Shown: piece after piece, positions 19,984 through 27,877 of the stretch | Layout of the letters: each line of letters starts with the position of its first letter | How positions within the stretch are numbered: the first letter of the stretch is position 1 | From: a virus | Length of the DNA stretch: 39,673 nt | IMG/VR virus record: IMGVR_UViG_3300045988_108579 | Coordinates: 1 to 39,673 of that record | Direction: 5' to 3' (one strand) | The notes under the pieces: model-generated | Told to the model about the DNA's origin: nothing | Database searches by the model: none | The model's input: only the letters and a program-made list of their open reading frames with translations | Position numbers and translations under genes: made by a program

Positions 19984-20038
19984 GACAATCCCTCAGTCAG
20001 CCTTGCGGCTGACAGCTCCCTTTGCACAAGGGAGCCTT
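19984..20038 (+). repeat. Double-hairpin repeat module A6.
   Basis: GACAATCCCTCA, then GTCAGCC-ttgc-GGCTGAC, then AGCTCCCTT-TGCACA-AAGGGAGCCTT. Confidence 0.85.
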
Positions 20039-20060
20039 TGAGCGGAAAGGAGGAAACGAT

Positions 20061-20615
20061 ATGACGCTCGGAGAAGCGAAAAACAAGGTATACATGCTCC
20101 TCGACGAGCACAGCGCGGGCGGAGAGATCGAGCACGACGAGGACATCGAGAAGAAGATGACGGCGTTTTTCGACATGGCGCAGAAGACGCTTGCGCAGAT
20201 CCGGAAGATCCTCCGGGAGGAGGTCATTGTCCCAACGTTGGGAAAAACCGTATACGCCATGCCGGAGGATTTCTACTCGCTGTACCGGATATGGGCGGAC
20301 GGGAGGAATGCGACGCGGCGCTTCCGGTGGATGGGCGGGAAGCTCGTCATTCCGGAGGGGTACGCGGAGGTGACGGTCGAATATTTCGCCGTGCCGCGGA
20401 CGATCCCGCAGGACGCGCCGGACAGCTACGCATTTGAGATCGCGCCGGACGCGTGCGAGTGCATGCCGTACTATGTGGCGGCGCAGCAGCTCCTCCCCGA
20501 TCTCGTGATGGACTACGGGGCGATGCTGCAGATGTACAACTATCAGGTGTCGCTTCTCAGGACGACGCAGCCGGGCGAGAACCGGCGCATCGCGCAGAGC
20601 CTTTTCCGGGGGTAA
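20061..20615 (+). CDS. Virion structural protein, putative head-tail adaptor.
   Basis: ATG 20061 follows GAAAGGAGG. 184 aa. The call rests on position at the start of the tail gene block only. Confidence 0.4.
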   Translation: MTLGEAKNKVYMLLDEHSAGGEIEHDEDIEKKMTAFFDMAQKTLAQIRKILREEVIVPTLGKTVYAMPEDFYSLYRIWADGRNATRRFRWMGGKLVIPEGYAEVTVEYFAVPRTIPQDAPDSYAFEIAPDACECMPYYVAAQQLLPDLVMDYGAMLQMYNYQVSLLRTTQPGENRRIAQSLFRG

Positions 20616-20618
20616 GCC

Positions 20619-22478
20619 ATGGCGAAGAAAACAGGGGTGAGCATCCGGCAGAGCGTATATAAGACGTTCCGCGGCGCGGACTTTTCCACAGACCCCTCAC
20701 TCGTGGATTATTCCCGCAGCCCGCTTTGCACGAACATCGTGGCGGACGGCGGCGGTATGCCGCAGAAGCGGCTCGGCTGGCGGAGGCTCTGGCAGAAGGA
20801 CAAGCCGGTTTACGGCCTGTTCGCCGGAAGGTTCGACGGCGCGGAGAAGAAGCTCGCGCACATCGGGACGGCGCTCTACGTCTGGGACGACGAGACGGCG
20901 CCGACGGAGATACTCACGGGGCTGCCGGAGAGGCGCTCACGCGCCGCGTATCTGGCCGGGAAGCTCTGGATAGTAACAGGGGCGGGGTTCTATGTATACG
21001 ATGGCACAGCGGCGCACAGAGCCTCACAGAACGCCTATGTCCCGACGACCGTAATCACGCGCAGCCCAACGGGCGGCGGGCAGAGCTATGAGAACGTCAA
21101 TATGCTCACGCCATACCGGAAGAACGCTTTCCAGACGGACGGCGCAGCGACGGACTTTCAGCTTGACGGAGACATCGACGCGACAGGCACGGTGCGCGCA
21201 TGGGTGTTCGGCGAGGAGACGACGGCGTTCACGCTCGACCGCGAGAAGGGCATCATCCGGATGACAACGGCTCCGGCAAAGCCGACGGCCGGCTCGGAGG
21301 ACGGGCTGGTGGTGGAGTTCCCGCACACGGTGGCGGGCTATACCGACCGCATCGACAAGTGTACGATCATCACGACCTACGGCATCGGCACGAACGACCG
21401 CGCGGTGCTGAGCGGGAACGCGGAGCTCCCAAACGTGGACTGGACGAGCGGGATGAACGATCCGACGTACTTCCCCGATCTGCTCTACAACGAGGTCGGG
21501 AGCGAGGCCACGGCGATACTCGGGTACTGCCGTCTCGGAAGGTCGCTCGGCATCGTGAAGGAGGATAACGGGCAGGACAGCACGATCTATCTGCGCACCG
21601 CAGAGCTGCAGGACAGCGAGATCGCGCAGCCGCAGCAGCAGGCCGTGGCGGGCGTCGGCTCCATCGCGCCGGGGAGCTTCGCTTCTCTTCTGGACGATCC
21701 GCTGTTCCTATCCCGCAACGGGGTAATGGCCGTAGCGACGAACAGTTACACGAGCGAGAAGATCACGCAGGGCCGCAGCTTCTATGTGAACAACAGGCTC
21801 AACGACGAACCGGAGCGGGAAAAGGCCGAGGCGGTGATATGGAACGGCATGTATATGCTTGCTCTCCCGAACGGCCACGTCTACGCGCTGGACGGGCGGC
21901 AGAACAAGACCTACCGGAGCGCGGCGCTCGGCGACTATGTATACGAGGGCTACTATTTCGAGAACATCCCCGCCTCCTGCTGGCTCAACCGGAGAGCGGG
22001 CGCGGAGGAATCGCTGTACTTCGGCACGGCGGACGGGCGGATCTGCAAGCTCAACACGGACATCGAGGACATGAGCCGCTACAGCGACGACGGCGCGGCC
22101 ATCTCCGCGGTGTGGGCGACGAAGTACGACGACGACGGCACGCCCGCCGTGCTCAAGACGCTTTTAAAGCGCGGCTGCTGCGTGACCATCAAGCCGTATG
22201 CGCGCTCGAGCGCCGAGGTGTATATCCGCGCCGACCGCACCGGCGGGCACGAGAAGAAGGTAGCCGGAAAGCCGATGGACATTCTGGACTTTTCCGACAT
22301 CGACTTTGAGCGCATCACGTTCAACACGGACGAGAGCCCGCAGGAGATCTTCCTCAACCGCAAGGTGAAGAATTATAAGAGATTGCAGATCATCGTCCGG
22401 AACCAGGAGCCGAACGAGGGCTTCGGCATATTCCAGATCACAAAGCATTATGTGACGGGCAATTACGCGAAGAGGTGA
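20619..22478 (+). CDS. Large virion structural protein, putative tail or nozzle protein.
   Basis: 619 aa. Recurring beta-propeller-like segments (LYVWDD, FYVYDG, HVYALDG, LYFGTADGRICKL). Its position fits a podovirus tail protein. Confidence 0.4.
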   Translation: MAKKTGVSIRQSVYKTFRGADFSTDPSLVDYSRSPLCTNIVADGGGMPQKRLGWRRLWQKDKPVYGLFAGRFDGAEKKLAHIGTALYVWDDETAPTEILTGLPERRSRAAYLAGKLWIVTGAGFYVYDGTAAHRASQNAYVPTTVITRSPTGGGQSYENVNMLTPYRKNAFQTDGAATDFQLDGDIDATGTVRAWVFGEETTAFTLDREKGIIRMTTAPAKPTAGSEDGLVVEFPHTVAGYTDRIDKCTIITTYGIGTNDRAVLSGNAELPNVDWTSGMNDPTYFPDLLYNEVGSEATAILGYCRLGRSLGIVKEDNGQDSTIYLRTAELQDSEIAQPQQQAVAGVGSIAPGSFASLLDDPLFLSRNGVMAVATNSYTSEKITQGRSFYVNNRLNDEPEREKAEAVIWNGMYMLALPNGHVYALDGRQNKTYRSAALGDYVYEGYYFENIPASCWLNRRAGAEESLYFGTADGRICKLNTDIEDMSRYSDDGAAISAVWATKYDDDGTPAVLKTLLKRGCCVTIKPYARSSAEVYIRADRTGGHEKKVAGKPMDILDFSDIDFERITFNTDESPQEIFLNRKVKNYKRLQIIVRNQEPNEGFGIFQITKHYVTGNYAKR

Positions 22479-22482
22479 AGAC

Positions 22483-23262
22483 ATGAGCATACAGGAACAG
22501 AAGATCACGGACGCCGCCATCGCCGCGAACGGCGTGCAGAGCCGGCCCGACAAGCTGACCGGCACGGCGGCGCAGAACAAGAAGGTATTCGACGCGCTCG
22601 TGACGGCGGTGGTGAAAGAGCGCTTCAACGCCCTGCTCGACGAGCTGACCGGAACGACTGCCGCGGCGCAGCTCGGCATCACGACGATCCCCGGTTTTTC
22701 GGCGGGGAACGTACAGACGGCGCTTGAGCAGATCGTACAGGCGATGCAGGACGTGACGCAGGGCAGCGTTGCGGACGGGAGCATCACACTATTAAAGCTC
22801 GCCGCGGAGGTGACGGCCGTCGCTCTCGGCGGCGCGGCGGCGAGCCATACGCACGGCGCGGAAGATATAAATTCCGGCGTTCTGGACGCGGCGAGGATAC
22901 CGGTGCTGGACGGCACGAAGCTCGGCGCGGGGAGCGTCGGCACGGCGCAGCTCGGCGCGGCGGCGGTGACGACGGAGAAGCTCGCGGCGCTCTCGGTGCT
23001 CGCAACGCACATCGCGCAGGGCGCGGTCACGGCGCAGAAGATCGCGCCGGGCGCGGTCACGGCGGAGAAGATCGCCGCGGGTGCTATCATCACGGCGCTG
23101 CTCGCGCCGAACGCCGTGACCGCCGAGAAGCTCGCGAACGACATTCCGTATACGAAGTTCGGGCTTGTAGCCGATCAGGTGCGGCACGTTTACGCCGGAA
23201 CGACGGAGCCGGACGCCGGTCTCGGCAGCGACGGGGATATCTATCTCAAGTATGCAGAGTGA
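22483..23262 (+). CDS. Tail fibre protein with decapeptide repeats.
   Basis: Repeats of G(A/S)V(T/G)T(A/E)(K/Q)(L/I)A, for example GAVTAQKIAPGAVTAEKIAAGAIITALLAPNAVTAEKLA, are typical of phage fibre proteins. Confidence 0.6.
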   Translation: MSIQEQKITDAAIAANGVQSRPDKLTGTAAQNKKVFDALVTAVVKERFNALLDELTGTTAAAQLGITTIPGFSAGNVQTALEQIVQAMQDVTQGSVADGSITLLKLAAEVTAVALGGAAASHTHGAEDINSGVLDAARIPVLDGTKLGAGSVGTAQLGAAAVTTEKLAALSVLATHIAQGAVTAQKIAPGAVTAEKIAAGAIITALLAPNAVTAEKLANDIPYTKFGLVADQVRHVYAGTTEPDAGLGSDGDIYLKYAE

Positions 23263-23272
23263 GGTGGTATAG

Positions 23273-23782
23273 ATGGGCTGGAGCTTGACCGCCCCGACAC
23301 TTCCCGGCGGAAGTGAGTGGGTGCAGAAGGGTACAATATCCATTCTCAACAACCAGGTGGACGTTACGGGCACGGTCTTTTGCGCTCGTTTGGCCGATCA
23401 GGGCTTCGCTCTGAAAATCGTTGAGACACGCACATTTCATCTGACGAATCCCAACTTCACGGATTTTTACAAAGCATATCATCGCTGCGATGTTGCAGGT
23501 GTTACGGGCGAAGCCTACACAGAATCGCGCTTCGGCAGCAGCGGGAGCACAAAGACGTATTATTTCACCGGTATTGCGGCAGCCGGAGCGGCCATCAAAG
23601 TTGTTGTTGGCGTAAAAGCGGACAGCGTCACAAAGGAAATTTCTTTTACGGCCCCGGAGCTTCTTGGCGATGTGCTGTACTTCAAGACCGGCGGAACGTG
23701 GAAGCAGGCGACGCTGTACCGTAAGGGCGGCGCATGGAAAAATGCGCTGGCAAAATTCAAAGCAGGAGGTATATGGAAATGA
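23273..23782 (+). CDS. Putative distal fibre or receptor-binding protein.
   Basis: 169 aa. The C-terminus has GG(T/A/I)WK repeats (GGTWKQATLYRKGGAWKNALAKFKAGGIWK). The 5' part is lower in GC. It follows the fibre gene. Confidence 0.35.
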   Translation: MGWSLTAPTLPGGSEWVQKGTISILNNQVDVTGTVFCARLADQGFALKIVETRTFHLTNPNFTDFYKAYHRCDVAGVTGEAYTESRFGSSGSTKTYYFTGIAAAGAAIKVVVGVKADSVTKEISFTAPELLGDVLYFKTGGTWKQATLYRKGGAWKNALAKFKAGGIWK

Positions 23783-24528
23783 ACGGTATCGACATTTCCC
23801 AGTGGCAGGGCGACATGGACCTGACGCCCTATAAAGACGGCTTCGTCATCATCCGCGGCGGGTTCTGGACGAGCGCGGACCCTTGGGCGGAGCGGAACAT
23901 CGAAAAGTGCGGGAAGCTCGGCATTCCTTGGGGACTTTACTGGTATTCCTACGCGCTCAGCGAGGCGCATGCACGGCAGGAGGCGGAGGCCTGTCTTCGA
24001 TTCCTGAACGGCAGAAAACCCCGTCTCGGCGTGTGGTTCGATATGGAGGACGCGGACGGGTACAAGGCAAAGAACGGCTTCCCGGAGAATGAGACGGTCA
24101 ACGCCATGTGCAAGGTGTTCTGCGCGGCTATGGACGACGCGGGGAACAAAACCGGCGTGTACGCCAGCTTGAGCTGGTTTGATACGCACATCGGCGAGAC
24201 GGGGTACGACCGCTGGATCGCCGCGTGGGGCGCAAACGACGGCGCGCATTATCCCGACCTCTCCGGGAAATGCGTCATGCAGCAGTACCGGGGCAGCCCG
24301 CTGGATCTGGACATTTTGTATGTGCCGCTTTCGTATTTTGACGATGGCGCGGCGGGCGGAGCAGAGCCACGCCCCTACGAAAAGGACGGGAAATGCGTAA
24401 GTGTCTCGGCGATGGCGCAGGAGGTGCTCGACGGGAAGTGGGGCAACGGCGAGGAGCGAAAGCAGAAGCTCGGCGCGTGGTTTTACGATCTCGTGCAGGG
24501 CGAAGTGAACCGTATCTTGGGGGTATAA
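23779..24528 (+). CDS. Endolysin: GH25 muramidase with a C-terminal CW_7-like wall-binding motif.
   Basis: MNGIDISQWQGDMDL...GLYWYSYA...VWFDMED...MQQY is the GH25 pattern. The C-terminal VLDGKWGNGEERKQKLGAWFYDLVQGEVNRIL resembles the Cpl-7 repeat. The start is taken at ATG 23779, 9 nt after AGGAGG. Confidence 0.85.
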   Translation: MNGIDISQWQGDMDLTPYKDGFVIIRGGFWTSADPWAERNIEKCGKLGIPWGLYWYSYALSEAHARQEAEACLRFLNGRKPRLGVWFDMEDADGYKAKNGFPENETVNAMCKVFCAAMDDAGNKTGVYASLSWFDTHIGETGYDRWIAAWGANDGAHYPDLSGKCVMQQYRGSPLDLDILYVPLSYFDDGAAGGAEPRPYEKDGKCVSVSAMAQEVLDGKWGNGEERKQKLGAWFYDLVQGEVNRILGV

Positions 24529-24529
24529 C

Positions 24530-26374
24530 ATGCGAAAGAAGAAACAGAGCAATGAGCGGGTGATCGTCGGGTATGACTACTCCACCCGCGAGCTGCGCGA
24601 GGAGACGGCGGACGCGCTGTTCCGCCGGGCGAAGAACGCCCGCACCGCCGTGGAGATCGAGTGGGAGAAGTGCAACGACTACTACAACGGCATCCACGAC
24701 GCGACGAAGGAGATGGTCGAGTACTGCCGCGCGAACGATGTTCCGTGGATCCCGGCGAACATGCCGGATCCGTACATTCTTGTGGAGACGCAGATCAACC
24801 CGAACGTGCCGGAGCCGGAGTTTCGCGGGCGAGACGACGATCTCGACAGCGCCAAGGCGAAGCAGCGCGAGTTTGCCGTGCGCTACATCATCGAGAACAA
24901 CCGCCTTTCCGACATGAATACGCGCAACGAGCGCCGGCTTCTGAAGCTCGGCGACGCGTTCTGGAAGGCGTACTGGGACCGGGACATGCGCTGCGGCGTG
25001 AACGAGGGCGACATCCGCATCCGGGACATACCGACGGAGGCAATATTCCCCGACCCGGCCATCCGCGACGGCGGATTGCAGGACGGGCAGTATGTGGACT
25101 ATGTGTACACGATGCACAAGGTGAAGTTCTGCCAGGTGTTCCGCCGCGAGCTGGAGGAGCTGGGACTGACGGCGGACGACATTCTCACGGAGGACTACGT
25201 TTCCCGCACCGGCGTATTCGATCTCACGACGGCCATCAACGATCTGGACGACACGGTGCAGGTGCTCGAGCACTGGTTCCGGCAGCCGTGCGACACGGAG
25301 GAGGACGGCGAGAGAGTGCCCGCCGGAGCGGTGGCATGCTCGATCCTCGCGGGAGGGCGCGAGCTGCGGTACATCCCGAACTACTGGAAGCGCACATGCA
25401 AGCAGAACAGTCTCTTCCCGTTCGTGCATTACTGGCGTATTCAGGACGAGAACCGCTTCTGGAACAAAAGCGAGCTCACGCCGATCATCGAGCTTGTGGA
25501 CGCCGCCGACCGGAAGCTCGCTATGAGCATTCTGAACGACACGTTCCTTGCAAACGATATCATCCTCGTGGAGGACAGCGCGCTTGCCGACGGCGAGGAG
25601 TTCACCAACGAGCCGGGCGCGGTGATCCATCTCAAGCAGAACCGCATGGGCGGCGTGCAGCGGCTCGGCGGACTGCAGAGCATAGCGAACGGCGCGATGG
25701 GCGTGGAGTTCTTCAAGAACCAGATCGAGCGCGCCAGCCGAAACTACGACATCAATCAAGGCAGGGAAACGACCAAGGTCACGACGGCGACCGGCCTTGC
25801 CATGATGCGGCAGGACGCGCAGAGCCAGGCGGACATCAAGGGCGCGGACCGCGACGCCGGGTTCGAGCGGCTGTATGAGCTGCTCGACTGGCTGGCGCTC
25901 GAGTTCTTCGACGACGATAGGATGCTGTTCATCGGCGCGGACGAGATGAAGGACCGCGCGCCGCAGGCAATGCCGTTCAATGCCGACAGCTTCACGGCGG
26001 TCATGCCGAAGGTGCTGGACGGGGCCGGAAACGTTGTGCGCGAGGAGTGGCAGTACTTCCCGCGCGTGGACGTGACGATCACGGCGGGCGACAGCATCGC
26101 CCACGGCAAGGCGCAGACGCTGCAGGCGCTGCAGGCGCTCACGCAGAGCCAGATCACGGCGGAGAACTGGAAGCTGTTTGCCGCGCAGCTTGAGCTCATC
26201 GATCTGCCGGGCAAGCAGGAGATCATCAACGAATGGCAACAGAGGTTCGCCGTACCGGCTATGCCGGAATCCGCCGGAGGCGGCGGAGCGGGAGCGCTCG
26301 GCGAGGCGGCCGCCGGCGGAGCGATACCGGGGGCGCAGACGCTGCCGCTGCTGGGAGGTGCGCCGACGGCATGA
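24530..26374 (+). CDS. Portal protein.
   Basis: 614 aa. Size, acidic composition and layout are typical of portal proteins. It is followed by internal-protein genes. Confidence 0.7.
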   Translation: MRKKKQSNERVIVGYDYSTRELREETADALFRRAKNARTAVEIEWEKCNDYYNGIHDATKEMVEYCRANDVPWIPANMPDPYILVETQINPNVPEPEFRGRDDDLDSAKAKQREFAVRYIIENNRLSDMNTRNERRLLKLGDAFWKAYWDRDMRCGVNEGDIRIRDIPTEAIFPDPAIRDGGLQDGQYVDYVYTMHKVKFCQVFRRELEELGLTADDILTEDYVSRTGVFDLTTAINDLDDTVQVLEHWFRQPCDTEEDGERVPAGAVACSILAGGRELRYIPNYWKRTCKQNSLFPFVHYWRIQDENRFWNKSELTPIIELVDAADRKLAMSILNDTFLANDIILVEDSALADGEEFTNEPGAVIHLKQNRMGGVQRLGGLQSIANGAMGVEFFKNQIERASRNYDINQGRETTKVTTATGLAMMRQDAQSQADIKGADRDAGFERLYELLDWLALEFFDDDRMLFIGADEMKDRAPQAMPFNADSFTAVMPKVLDGAGNVVREEWQYFPRVDVTITAGDSIAHGKAQTLQALQALTQSQITAENWKLFAAQLELIDLPGKQEIINEWQQRFAVPAMPESAGGGGAGALGEAAAGGAIPGAQTLPLLGGAPTA

Positions 26375-26481
26375 AGTGTCCGAAATGCGGCATTGAGATG
26401 ACGAAAAAGAACGCGGCGGAATGGGAGTGCCGCAACCCGAAGTGCGTTCGGTATCAGGGAGGAAAGAAGAAGGATGGCTAA
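26371..26481 (+). CDS. Zinc-ribbon mini-protein, 36 aa.
   Basis: ATGA overlap with the portal stop. GGGAGGTG lies 9 nt upstream. MKCPKCGIEMTKKNAAEWECRNPKCVRYQGGKKKDG has two CxxC pairs. Confidence 0.5.
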   Translation: MKCPKCGIEMTKKNAAEWECRNPKCVRYQGGKKKDG

Positions 26482-27877
26482 CTTTTGGGATTGGGTGAAC
26501 AAGCAGGCCAACAAGCAGGCCGCGACCGGGGACGAGCTGCTGTACGCCGATGCGCTGAAAAACCAGGAGGCGAGAAACGCTGCGAATAACCAGTACGCCG
26601 CGGCAGCCGCGGCGGCGAAAAGTGGGAGCGCGAACAGCTCGTCTCTGCAGGGGACCATCGATCCCGACCGGACGGGCGCGGCGGCGCCGCCGCGAAAAGG
26701 GCTCTATGACCAGACGGGCATGAACGCGACGGCGGCGAACGCGGCAAGCGGAGCGATGACCGGCGCTCTGGCCGGAGCGGGCGTACTGCCGAACCAGAAC
26801 GGAGCGCAGCAGCCGACCACGACACCGACGCAGCCGGGCACGTCCGGCGGCGGCAAGGTGACGTACATCGACCCCAACGGCGACGCGCAGAAGGGCACGA
26901 CGGAAGGAACGGCGGAGGAAACGCCGGGCGAGCCGCAGCGGACGTATCTGGACGAGCTGCGTGACCAGTACCAGAAGATGTACGACGATGCGGTGAAGGC
27001 CAACAACGACGCGGCAAAGGCCGCCGCCGAGCGGGCGATCGCGCAGGCGGAGAAGGGCGTCGGCGAGCTCGGAGACCAGTACGGAAGTCTCAACAAGCAG
27101 CTCTACCGCGACTACATGGAATCCCTGCGCGTGCTGCCGCAGGAGATGGCCGCGAGAGGCTACAGCGGCGGCATGAGCGAATCGGCCCGGCTGGGGCTGG
27201 ATACGGCCTACGGCGAGCGGCTGAACGAGAACGAGGCCGCGCGCATTGCCGCCATCATGCAGCTGCGGCAGCAGGGCGCGGACGCCGAGTATCAGGCGAA
27301 CGCCGCGCGGGATCAGGCAAACGCGCAGGCGCAGCAGAATCTCTACGCGAACATGATGAATCTCATTCTTCAGCAGCAGCAGGACGCCGCGACGAAGGCG
27401 CAGAACATGGCGCAGTACGGCGATTTCTCCGGCTATCTCGGGCTCGGCTACACGCGCAGCGAGATCGACCAGATGCAGAAGGCGTGGATCGCGGCGAATC
27501 CGGAGCTTGCGAAGGCGCTGGGGTATGTCAAGACGCCGGAGCCTGTGTACAGCTCTTACAGCGGCGGAGGCGGGAAAAACAACACGCCGAGCGCTGAGCA
27601 GCAGGCGAACGGAAGAGATCTTCTGAGCGAAGCGATACAGCTGAAAAACGGCGGGACACCGTACAGCCAGATCGCCAAGGCACTCGACGAGGAAGCTGCC
27701 GCGGGAACGATCACGACGGCACAGGCGGAGGCGGCAAAGCGAGCGGCAATAAGCAGCGGGCTGGATAACGCCTATGCGTCGATGAAGAAAAACACAACGC
27801 AAAAAGGCCCCGTCTCCGGAGGGAGACTGATCACTGAGGGCGACTTTTACAGCCAAATTCTCGGAGGTAGAAAATGA
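26474..27877 (+). CDS. Putative internal virion or ejection protein.
   Basis: 467 aa. Low-complexity Ala/Gln/Gly-rich sequence with coiled-coil stretches. It lies between the portal and the giant protein and is translationally coupled on both sides. Confidence 0.45.
   Translation: MANFWDWVNKQANKQAATGDELLYADALKNQEARNAANNQYAAAAAAAKSGSANSSSLQGTIDPDRTGAAAPPRKGLYDQTGMNATAANAASGAMTGALAGAGVLPNQNGAQQPTTTPTQPGTSGGGKVTYIDPNGDAQKGTTEGTAEETPGEPQRTYLDELRDQYQKMYDDAVKANNDAAKAAAERAIAQAEKGVGELGDQYGSLNKQLYRDYMESLRVLPQEMAARGYSGGMSESARLGLDTAYGERLNENEAARIAAIMQLRQQGADAEYQANAARDQANAQAQQNLYANMMNLILQQQQDAATKAQNMAQYGDFSGYLGLGYTRSEIDQMQKAWIAANPELAKALGYVKTPEPVYSSYSGGGGKNNTPSAEQQANGRDLLSEAIQLKNGGTPYSQIAKALDEEAAAGTITTAQAEAAKRAAISSGLDNAYASMKKNTTQKGPVSGGRLITEGDFYSQILGGRK

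Noticed and set aside
3880-20038. Whether the dispersed hairpin repeats could be a CRISPR array.
   Set aside because: The seven copies are spread over 16 kb at irregular intervals. They sit between or inside genes, come in two variants, and have no short uniform spacers or cas genes.
24275-27856. 1193-aa ORF on the minus strand.
   Set aside because: It is antisense to the well-supported endolysin, portal and 467-aa genes. Its translation is Arg/Leu/Pro/Ala-rich low complexity, typical of open antisense frames in GC-rich DNA. It has no RBS.
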